DNA of 21,675 nucleotides from a bacterium (GCA_046757525.1 JBHHYI010000068.1:1-21675), one strand, 5' to 3'; positions 8,126 to 15,429 are shown, counted from the first letter of the stretch. Made by a program: numbers and translations. Notes: generated from the letters alone by a model not told the origin.

Positions 8126-8223
8126 TTCTGTTAACAATTAATTGTTTTTTCTCGCTAACAATGACGGGGCCCCTAAGCGGTTGTGCAGTCGAAACAAACT
8201 TCGTTAAGAAATCGGAGGAAGCT

Positions 8224-9645
8224 ATGAAGGTTTTATTAGTAAGTCCTTTTCGCGGTAAAACTTATGAGTCTGTGGGAATACGCGTTCCTCCTTTAGGGTT
8301 GTTATACGTTGGTGGAGCCCTGAGACAGGCAGGGCACGATGTTAAATTGGACTTGTCCGAAGACGCAGATAGTCAAGCACAAATAGATTTTTCAGATGCT
8401 GATGTCGTTGGAATAACCAGCACCACTTCTCAGTTTGTAAGAGCATTAAAGATAGCCAAAGCCGCTCATCAACAAGGCAAAATCGTGATCATGGGTGGCC
8501 CGCATCCGACCAGTTCCCCGGAAGAATCCTTAAGATCTGGTTGCGTTGATTATATAGTACGAAGTGAGGGCGAAGCTACGGCAGTAGAATTGTTGCAAGG
8601 CATTAAAGAAAGCAATGGCCATTTCGAGCCTTCCAAAGTCCTTGGAATATCCTGGTACGACCGGGAGAGCGATACTGTGGTGCACAATCCAACTCGGCCG
8701 TTTATTTGGGATTTGGATTCCCTGCCCTACCCGGCCAGAGACCTGGGCGGGGATGTGATGGCCTATCGGAATAAGGGCATCGATGGTCAGATTTCCCCAA
8801 CCATGATAACGACACGAGGGTGTCCGTACGGCTGCAAGTTTTGCGACGTGCATGTGTTGGCAGGTAGGCGGTGGCGTATGCGCGACCCCAAGTTGGTGGC
8901 TGACGAAGTTGAATTCCTGGTAAAGGAGTACAACGCCCAGGATATTCGTATCATGGATGACATCATCAATTTTTCCAATGAAAAACTGCACAGTGTGTTC
9001 GCTGCGATCATCGAAAGAAACTTAGACGTCTCTTTTTGGGTTATGGGCAGAGCTGATATGCTGGTGAAGGACCCTTCCAGCGCGGAGATCATGGCCAGGG
9101 CGGGTGTGCGCACCATGTTTTTAGGCATAGAAAGTCCGCACAAGCGCATTTTGAAGGCCTACCGCAAGGGCGGCAAAGCCTCTGCGGATACCAGCGAACA
9201 GGCGGTCCGACTGCTGCGGGAACATGGAATCGAAGCTTTCGGAGGTTTCATTCTCGGCGAACCGTCGGAAACAGAGGAAGAAATCAAGGAAACCATTGAC
9301 TACGCCAAATACATCAATCCGGCTACGGCGCAGTTCTCAATCTTAACGCCCTATCCCGGAACAGAAGTTTGGAATCAAATGAAGAACCGCCTGATCGTGC
9401 GGGATTGGGACAAATTCGATGGGTTGCATGCCGTCTTTCACGGCGACCACTTGAAGGCTCCGCAAATTGAATCTCTGTGCAAAAAAGCCTATTTGAGTTT
9501 TTATCTCAGACCTAAACGCATCGCCAGTCAAGTTTCAGCAGCATTTTTTCACAGGAAATCCACGGGCCCGCGTTTAAAAACTGTTTCGAAGATCTTTAGT
9601 TTGTTAAAAACCATTTATCCCAAAAATGAAGAGGTCGTTTGTTAG
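8224..9645 (+). CDS. Cobalamin (B12)-binding radical SAM protein (class containing GrsA/B, HpnP, BchE)
   Basis: Start reassigned to ATG 8224 after SD ggagg, because the ORF-track start at 8107 overlaps the promoter. B12-binding Rossmann motifs PPLGLLY...DVVGITS...MGGPHPT...D.IVRSEGE; DLDSLPYP; TRGCPYGCKFC (CxxxCxxC); FLGIES; FILGEPSET; FSILTPYPGT. Confidence 0.92.
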   Translation: MKVLLVSPFRGKTYESVGIRVPPLGLLYVGGALRQAGHDVKLDLSEDADSQAQIDFSDADVVGITSTTSQFVRALKIAKAAHQQGKIVIMGGPHPTSSPEESLRSGCVDYIVRSEGEATAVELLQGIKESNGHFEPSKVLGISWYDRESDTVVHNPTRPFIWDLDSLPYPARDLGGDVMAYRNKGIDGQISPTMITTRGCPYGCKFCDVHVLAGRRWRMRDPKLVADEVEFLVKEYNAQDIRIMDDIINFSNEKLHSVFAAIIERNLDVSFWVMGRADMLVKDPSSAEIMARAGVRTMFLGIESPHKRILKAYRKGGKASADTSEQAVRLLREHGIEAFGGFILGEPSETEEEIKETIDYAKYINPATAQFSILTPYPGTEVWNQMKNRLIVRDWDKFDGLHAVFHGDHLKAPQIESLCKKAYLSFYLRPKRIASQVSAAFFHRKSTGPRLKTVSKIFSLLKTIYPKNEEVVC

Positions 9646-9755
9646 AATTTACGAGGTTCATTCTATCGTTAATTGACATGGTTTTTAATTAATGAAGTCA
9701 CTTTAACTTATGGCGAATTGCTATTTATTTCTTAATAACGGAAGGAGGCATTAAA

Positions 9756-11681
9756 ATGTCCGTAAGTCGACGTGCAGAAAGAGCATTTGTTGAGACGGCC
9801 AGTTTAGCCTGGAAAGCTTTCCAGGCCGTCAATAGGCGTTTGCCGGAAGGCAAGCCATTTCAGCCGAAATGGGCCCCCCGACCTTTGCTCAAAAGTTATG
9901 AACGGTCCACACCACCTTTGGGCTTTCCAAGAGAAACCGACTCATTATGCCCCAAATGTGTAAAAGAAGTAAGAAATGCTATTATCAGGGGTGAGAAAGA
10001 GCTCCAGAGTCTGGTAACCAGTCATCCAGGCGAAATCAAAGCAAATATTTTGGAAGAAGATGGTAAGGTCATCATGCGCAAAACCTGCGAAAAGCACGGT
10101 ACCTTCGAGGATACCCTCTCCATCGATCCCGATTTTAGCCGCCGACTGGAAAGCCTTTTCCCCGGGCGCGATTTCAAAACGCTGGGAGATGAATTGGTAC
10201 ACCGGCACGGTAGTTCTTCCATAAAGTACGGACGCGGTTCCGTGATGACCATAGATCTGACCAATCGCTGCAACATGATGTGCAATCCCTGCTTCATGGA
10301 TGCCAACCAGGTCGGATACGTGCACGAGCCCACCCTTGACGATTTAAAGGAGATTCTGGATAGATCGATTTCGTTTAAGCCAAAGCGACAAATGGCTCTG
10401 TTGTTCTCGGGCGGCGAGCCCACCGTGGCGCCAACTTTTCTGCCCATCATGCGGTATGCGACAGAAGTGGGCTACTACGCCAACATGGCTGCCACCAACG
10501 GCATTCGCTTTGCCCAGGACCCGGACTTTGCTTTTGAGGCTTACGATGCAACCCTGAACACCGCTTACCTTCAATTCGATGGCGTGGGCAACCTGGCGAA
10601 TTCCCACAGGCACATCGGAAACCTGTTCGACGTCAAGCTCCAGGCGATCGAGAATATGGCAAAAGCGGGCATTAGCATTACTCTGGTCGTTACGATCGTA
10701 AACGGAGTAAACAACGACCAGGTTGGTCCAATCATCAAGTTTGCTATGGAGAATTCGGATAAGGTCAGCGCGATCTGTTTCCAGCCGGTTTCCTTCACTG
10801 GCCGCGACGAAGACATCAGCGATGAACGTCGGATGCGTCAGCGATACACCCTGTCCCACCTGGCGCACGATGTCAAGGACAGCATGGGCTTTACAGAACC
10901 GCTGCGCGACTGGTTCCCGCTCTCGAGCCTGAGTTCATTCACGGCCATTGCCGATCAGTTACGGGGCCCGGAGGTCACCTGGGGCGGCCTGAATTGCTCC
11001 TGCCATCCCAATTGTGGCATCGCTACCATTCTCATCACCAACAAGAGAACGGGAGCCTGGGCACCGATTTCCGAGTTTTTCAATATGGATCAATTCTTCA
11101 AAGATATTGCGACCATCACCGATGCTTCGCGTGGCAAGACTTTGACCGCGGCCCAGGTGGCCATGTCCTTTGCGCGCAACTACATTCCGGAGAAGGCCCC
11201 GGAAGGGTTTAGCATCCGCGAGATGATCCGACAATTCGACATGCACTCCGGCGGCTCCGTGACCGGTGAATTCGAGTCTGATCCGCGGGAGCGGAAGAAA
11301 AACGAGTGGTTCCCCCTCTGGATTGGCGGTATGTGGTTCCAGGATCTCTGGGTCTACGATTTCCGTCGCACGGAAATGTGCGTCATACCGTACGGCACCC
11401 AGGAAGGCGAGATTTCCTTCTGTGCTTACAACACAGGCGTTGGTTGGAGACAAATCATAGAAAACATGCACATGACTTCAACCACATCGGAATGGTTCAA
11501 AACTCGGGGGCGTCATAAGATCTATGCCGGCGGTCACGACGTAGACATGCCCGAATTCAGCCATTCGTTAAAAGTCATCGAGGGTCCGGACGAAAACAGC
11601 AATGGTAATGGTAACGGCAACGGAAGTTCTGTCGGCTCTAATATCATGTCGCCTTTGCATGCGGTGGCAAATAAAGAATAA
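9756..11681 (+). CDS. tes: Radical SAM protein, tetraether synthase (Tes / GDGT-MAS, MJ0619 family) homolog
   Basis: SD aaggagg; rubredoxin-like site T.SLCPKC...EEDGKV.M.KTCEKHG.FED; IDLTNRCNMMCNPCF; SGGEPT; ATNG; YLQFDG; NGVNNDQVG.I; FQPVSFTGR; CHPNCG; GMWFQD...D..R...CVIPY....ISFCAYN. Motif order matches my recollection of Tes-family proteins. Confidence 0.85.
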   Translation: MSVSRRAERAFVETASLAWKAFQAVNRRLPEGKPFQPKWAPRPLLKSYERSTPPLGFPRETDSLCPKCVKEVRNAIIRGEKELQSLVTSHPGEIKANILEEDGKVIMRKTCEKHGTFEDTLSIDPDFSRRLESLFPGRDFKTLGDELVHRHGSSSIKYGRGSVMTIDLTNRCNMMCNPCFMDANQVGYVHEPTLDDLKEILDRSISFKPKRQMALLFSGGEPTVAPTFLPIMRYATEVGYYANMAATNGIRFAQDPDFAFEAYDATLNTAYLQFDGVGNLANSHRHIGNLFDVKLQAIENMAKAGISITLVVTIVNGVNNDQVGPIIKFAMENSDKVSAICFQPVSFTGRDEDISDERRMRQRYTLSHLAHDVKDSMGFTEPLRDWFPLSSLSSFTAIADQLRGPEVTWGGLNCSCHPNCGIATILITNKRTGAWAPISEFFNMDQFFKDIATITDASRGKTLTAAQVAMSFARNYIPEKAPEGFSIREMIRQFDMHSGGSVTGEFESDPRERKKNEWFPLWIGGMWFQDLWVYDFRRTEMCVIPYGTQEGEISFCAYNTGVGWRQIIENMHMTSTTSEWFKTRGRHKIYAGGHDVDMPEFSHSLKVIEGPDENSNGNGNGNGSSVGSNIMSPLHAVANKE

Positions 11682-11706
11682 TTCCGGAACCTAATTCGTT
11701 CGAGTG

Positions 11707-11746
11707 AAAAGCGGTTATCCCACCAACAGGCGGTAACCGCTTTTTT
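11707..11746 (+). terminator. Rho-independent terminator after the Tes homolog
   Basis: aaaagcggtta...taaccgctttt stem followed by a T run. Confidence 0.8.
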
Positions 11747-11811
11747 ATTTGATCAACGACCAGCATGAAAATATAGCTTGCGAATAATTTGAAAAATATT
11801 AAATTGTGTTC

Positions 11812-12549
11812 ATGAAAAATTCCAAGAGGCTTGCGGTTAAGATTCTGAAGACTGGCCTGGCCGGGAGTTTGTTAGCTTTTTATTGGTATTGGATCAATCA
11901 GAAGTTAATTGCTGACACAGGTCAAGTTTTTGGCTTGACGGGTTTTTTCCTCCTGATGAGCACCGCCACCGCTTATTTCCCACTTCCGGCAAATATCCTG
12001 GTGTTGGGGGCTGTCAAAGGCAACACCGCCTTGTTGGTTTCTTTCATCGCCGCTCTGTCCACCGTGGTAGCCTACCTCTCCGAGTACCTGGTCTTTACAA
12101 TCTTGTTTCGCATGAAAAAAATCGCCAGCTTTAAGGGGACCTGGATTTACAAGAAGATGACCCCCCTATTCGACAAACACCGCTTCTTCATCCTGTCCTT
12201 TGCTTCGTTTCTACCCATTCCTTCTGAACCGCTGCGAATATATGCGATTACCCAGAAGTACAACAAAGTCAGTTACATCTCGGCTGGCTTTGTGGGTCGC
12301 ATGCCCAGATATTTTTTGCTTGGTTATTTTGGCAAAGCCTATGTCGATTCAATCTGGTTTCTTCTTGGGGTAATCGTGTTTCCGGCTGTTTTTCTGCTGT
12401 TTATTCGAGGGGCAGCAAGTGTGGTCAAGCTACTAAAGGTAAGATTCTACGCAGAGCCGGTTGAAACAACCCCGGCACCGATGGCTTTGGCCTCCCTGGG
12501 CACTCCCACGGAAAACTCCTCCGAGACCGATATGGAGCGGCCGCAATAG
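11812..12549 (+). CDS. DedA/VTT (SNARE-associated, YqaA-like) family membrane protein
   Basis: Several hydrophobic segments with two Pro-containing re-entrant-type motifs (YFPLPANILV and FLPIPSEP) and GRMPRY; acidic, low-complexity C-tail. ATG 11812 (ORF track starts at GTG 11806). Confidence 0.7.
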   Translation: MKNSKRLAVKILKTGLAGSLLAFYWYWINQKLIADTGQVFGLTGFFLLMSTATAYFPLPANILVLGAVKGNTALLVSFIAALSTVVAYLSEYLVFTILFRMKKIASFKGTWIYKKMTPLFDKHRFFILSFASFLPIPSEPLRIYAITQKYNKVSYISAGFVGRMPRYFLLGYFGKAYVDSIWFLLGVIVFPAVFLLFIRGAASVVKLLKVRFYAEPVETTPAPMALASLGTPTENSSETDMERPQ

Positions 12550-12555
12550 TCGAGC

Positions 12556-13059
12556 TTAGCTTTTCTTAAGCAGCCACTCGACATCCTTTTCTATCTTGCT
12601 TGAATTCATCCCGGTATATCTTTTGTAAATGTGCCACTTCTGGTCAATAATCACCGTCGTGGGGTAACCCTGGATTCCACCAAAATCCGATTTGATTTTG
12701 TCATCACCCAGGAAGACCGGGTATTCAATTTTTATTTTATCGAGAAACGGTCTTATTTTTGTCGCTGGCCCGGAATCCAGTGTGACGCCCAAAATCATCA
12801 AGTTGTCGTCTTTGTATTTGTTGAACAGAGCGTTGAAATTGGGAATTTCTCGGATGCAAGGTTGACACCAGGTGGCCCAGAAATCTACCACCACAACCTT
12901 ACCTTTGAGCTGCCTGGCGTCGAAGGTGTTGCCCTCCAGGGTCTCAAGTGTGAATTCTGGTGCTTTTGTTTGTAGCTTATTGCTGTTTTGGGAATCGGAG
13001 CTACAAGAAAAAAGCAGCGTGGTGATTAGAAAAATCTTAGCGACGGTTTTGTTGTTCAT
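12556..13059 (-). CDS. TlpA/ResA family thiol-disulfide oxidoreductase (lipoprotein)
   Basis: Lipobox LFSC; APEFTL..L.G; KGKVVVVDFWATWCQPC.REIP; cis-Pro motif GYPTT. ATG 13059 after aggtgg. Confidence 0.93.
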   Translation of the reverse strand: MNNKTVAKIFLITTLLFSCSSDSQNSNKLQTKAPEFTLETLEGNTFDARQLKGKVVVVDFWATWCQPCIREIPNFNALFNKYKDDNLMILGVTLDSGPATKIRPFLDKIKIEYPVFLGDDKIKSDFGGIQGYPTTVIIDQKWHIYKRYTGMNSSKIEKDVEWLLKKS

Positions 13060-13123
13060 TGTTTTTTCCACCTATTACGATACGCGGACCAATGACAGTT
13101 GTTTTTCTTTGCGCACAAAGGTA

Positions 13124-13258
13124 GTCGTCCTGAGTAGTCCCGACCGCTTTTGGGTCAGGATGTATCGAAGGGCGACGCCCGTCACCCCTCGATACGGTCA
13201 CCTGAGAAACGGTGACCTACTCGGGATGACTCACAAATTGCTCTCTGGAAACGCCTGG
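13124..13258. repeat. Inverted doublet of REP-like units (BIME-like)
   Basis: gtcgtcctgagtag...tgtatcgaagggcgac is followed by its approximate reverse complement gtcacccctcgatac...ctactcgggatgac (ends 13230). The tail to about 13258 matches about 168-250 and 13634-13716. Confidence 0.8.
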
Positions 13259-13287
13259 CTGTCGCCGTCCTTTATTACAGCCTCCAA

Positions 13288-13359
13288 TGTCATTCAGGAG
13301 GAATCCTGATAGCTGACTCGCACAGTGCTCACCAGTAACAAGATGCCTCCTGCATCACA
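13288..13359. repeat. REP-like inverted repeat (GTCATTCAGGAGGAATC family)
   Basis: 13288-13307 pairs with 13340-13359 at 16 of 20 positions. Related to 2936-3023. Confidence 0.65.
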
Positions 13360-13389
13360 GGGCTGGCCTTGGCGTTTCCGACGTTTAAA

Positions 13390-13463
13390 GCAATCCGATT
13401 GCACCGGATTGCGAGAGCTTTTAGGAAGCGCTCCGTTGTATGTAATGCAATCGTCTCGATTGC
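13390..13463. repeat. Two GCAATC...GATTGC hairpins
   Basis: gcaatccg/cggattgc (13390-13412) and gcaatcg/cgattgc (13447-13463, preceded by gtaa). Same family as 257-285. Confidence 0.65.
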
Positions 13464-13478
13464 GTCAGGCCATTCTCC

Positions 13479-13716
13479 CTTTGAAGGGAGACAGATTTTC
13501 GCTCGTCCAGAGCGAAAATCAGAGGGATGTCTGACCGCCCGAACCAGGACTCGGGTTTTCACGCCGCCTCCAAAAATCCCCCTAATTTTTTCGCTGGACG
13601 CTTCCGCCTTTCAAAAAGGGGGATTTCGCATCGAAGCCCGTCACCCCTCGATACGGTCACTTGACCAACAGTGACCTACTCGGGATGACTTCCAAATCGC
13701 TCGCTGAAAAAGCCTG
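13479..13716. repeat. Composite intergenic repeat, copy B
   Basis: Colinear, diverged match to 1-250. Confidence 0.9.
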
Positions 13717-13837
13717 GCATAACGTTGCCAAAACTCAAAGCAACAATTTTTTTGTTGCGACACCTATTAAGCACTCACGAACAGCGGAGTAAGGTCCATT
13801 TATCGCAAAATATTGTAATAAATTAACAAAAAACTAC

Positions 13838-13866
13838 TTGACATTGTAATAAAATTGTATTAGAAT
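13838..13866 (+). promoter_or_regulatory. Near-consensus sigma-70 promoter overlapped by ATTGTAATAAA direct repeats
   Basis: TTGACA (13838-13843), 17-bp spacer, TAGAAT (13861-13866). Confidence 0.8.
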
Positions 13867-13871
13867 AGATA

Positions 13872-14006
13872 CATCAAAATTCTCACCGTCTGTGAAAGCA
13901 GGGACGCATGAATAAGGTGGTTATTTAGCGAGAATACCCGTCTTATTTAGTTCTGAAGGAGCAGAGAGGCACAGCCTACCCACTTTTTAGGCTGTGCCTT
14001 TTTTTT
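13872..14006 (+). ncRNA. Candidate structured small RNA (about 135 nt), family not recognised
   Basis: Bounded by a near-consensus promoter and a strong + strand terminator, with no + strand gene downstream. Three predicted hairpins precede the terminator. Confidence 0.6.
13967..14006 (+). terminator. Rho-independent terminator
   Basis: Perfect 12-bp stem aggcacagccta / taggctgtgcct, 9-nt loop, T run on the + strand only. Confidence 0.9.
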
Positions 14007-14170
14007 ATTTCCAAGCGAGTGTATCGTCAACACAGCCTTGTATTGTAAAACAGATCTCATCGTCGAGCAATTCCAGTAAAACATTGCTTCCCCCCTATCA
14101 GACCAGGCCCTGGTTGGCCGTTTAAGAGCACAAACTTTAGTACGATGAACCAGGACTCAGACTTGCCGGG

Positions 14171-14680
14171 TTAGGTTTCAACGGATTTTTTCACGGTTTG
14201 GAGTTCGGCCAAAGATTCCAATTCAGAGATCACTCTTGTCTGACGGCGCGAAATTGAAAGCAAATACAGGAAAATCGCGATCCAGACAATGGTGTAAGCC
14301 GCGAATAGGAAAGACAGCCGCCAATTGTAGCCTGGTCCAGCTATGGGTATTCTGCTGGAGGCGGTTGCAATATCTGGACTTTTGACCTCGAGATAGTATT
14401 CATAAAACGAAAGTCTCAACGGATTTTGACTACCCAGGAGCACCGCGTAATTACCATCGGTTACTTCGACGTTCTCATGCGTCTCAGACCAAATTGCTCG
14501 ATCGCTGTTCGGCGTTTTAAACAAACTAAATTGAAGCTCGGTGGTTCCAGAGTATTTGGCCCCGTCACTATTTTCTAATACTCCTTGATAGTGAATGAGT
14601 TTTTGAGATTGCGCAAAAACGCTGACAGAAAATGTAGTGGTCAGCAAGAGCATTAACAGGAAATTCAATTTTGCGGTCAT
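14171..14680 (-). CDS. CcmD-like heme exporter subunit fused to an N-terminal exported beta-rich domain
   Basis: Directly after ccmC; ATG 14680 after SD ggaggg; signal peptide ending VFA-Q; soluble domain LIHYQGVL...WSETH..V.V.DG.YAVLLGS.NPL; C-terminal FLFAAYTIVWIAIFLYLLSISRRQ.R...EL..L is a CcmD-type TM helix plus charged helix. Confidence 0.75.
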   Translation of the reverse strand: MTAKLNFLLMLLLTTTFSVSVFAQSQKLIHYQGVLENSDGAKYSGTTELQFSLFKTPNSDRAIWSETHENVEVTDGNYAVLLGSQNPLRLSFYEYYLEVKSPDIATASSRIPIAGPGYNWRLSFLFAAYTIVWIAIFLYLLSISRRQTRVISELESLAELQTVKKSVET

Positions 14681-14714
14681 GGTTTCATCACCCTCCAGTT
14701 GCTTCAAATGCTGG

Positions 14715-15410
14715 TCAGTAGCCAAACTGCTTTCTTAATTCTGCAACAGCGATTGTGTGTTTTTGTAGCCGAATTCTGTGAATGAGCAAGAACAAAAATA
14801 GAAGCGTAAAGGTAAACAGACTAAAAAAAAGCGTCAACTTCATGTCCGACGCCAGGCCCGAGCCCTCACCGCCGCCAATGACCGGAGTGGGGTGAATGTC
14901 CGCCCACAATCTGATAGAGAGGTAGACCAGGGGAACATCGACAAATCCAAAAATACCAAACACAGCAGCGAACCGTGCGCTGCGTTCCTCGCCCTCGACA
15001 AAATTTCGCAGCATGAGATAGGCCACATAAATGAACCACAAGACTAAGAATAAGGTTAAACGCGGGCTCCACTCCCACCACGTGTTCCACACCGGCCGGG
15101 CCCAAATTGGTCCGGTGATCAGAACCAGGGTGGAAAAAATGACCCCTATTTCAGCGGAAGAAACGGCGACGATATCGTACTTTCGATCCTTCTTCCACAG
15201 GTAAGCAATGCTGCAATAAAAAACGACGAAGAAAGCCAGGAAGCCAATCCACGCCGACGGTACGTGAAAATACAAAATCCGCGCAATTTGCCCCATGGAA
15301 CGTTCTTCAGATGCAAACAAAAAAATAAGATAGAGATTGACGATCATGGCAAAAAACAATCCCCAACCAAGTACAGTCAACCACAATCTGGAGGTTTTTT
15401 GATTTGGCAT
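14715..15410 (-). CDS. ccmC: Heme exporter protein CcmC
   Basis: YFHVP (His ligand 1); TGPIWARPVWNTWWEWSPRLT Trp-rich domain; IHP (His ligand 2). Start ATG 15410 after ggag (ORF track starts at 15440). Confidence 0.95.
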   Translation of the reverse strand: MPNQKTSRLWLTVLGWGLFFAMIVNLYLIFLFASEERSMGQIARILYFHVPSAWIGFLAFFVVFYCSIAYLWKKDRKYDIVAVSSAEIGVIFSTLVLITGPIWARPVWNTWWEWSPRLTLFLVLWFIYVAYLMLRNFVEGEERSARFAAVFGIFGFVDVPLVYLSIRLWADIHPTPVIGGGEGSGLASDMKLTLFFSLFTFTLLFLFLLIHRIRLQKHTIAVAELRKQFGY

Positions 15411-15429
15411 ATTGAGATTCTCCCTGGAC

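Noticed and set aside
8107..8223. N-terminal extension of the B12 radical SAM ORF
   Set aside because: It overlaps the sigma-54 promoter. The SD and domain start support ATG 8224.
9673..9710. TTGACA between the two radical SAM genes as an internal promoter
   Set aside because: No acceptable -10 hexamer at 16-18 bp spacing.
11595..11625. NGNGNGNG repeat at the C-terminus of the Tes homolog
   Set aside because: Short low-complexity tail with varied codons; probably a disordered extension.
12872..13309. 145-aa + strand ORF
   Set aside because: Antisense to tlpA and runs into REP-like repeats; no domain signal.
13124..13716. Possible CRISPR array
   Set aside because: Repeats are heterogeneous, inverted and irregularly spaced. 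There is no repeat-spacer periodicity and no cas gene.
13885..13912. Resemblance of tgtGAAAgcagggacgca to c-di-GMP-I riboswitch P2
   Set aside because: It lacks the upstream GGCAAA and downstream GCAAAG/receptor elements, and no + strand gene follows. A cmscan would settle it.
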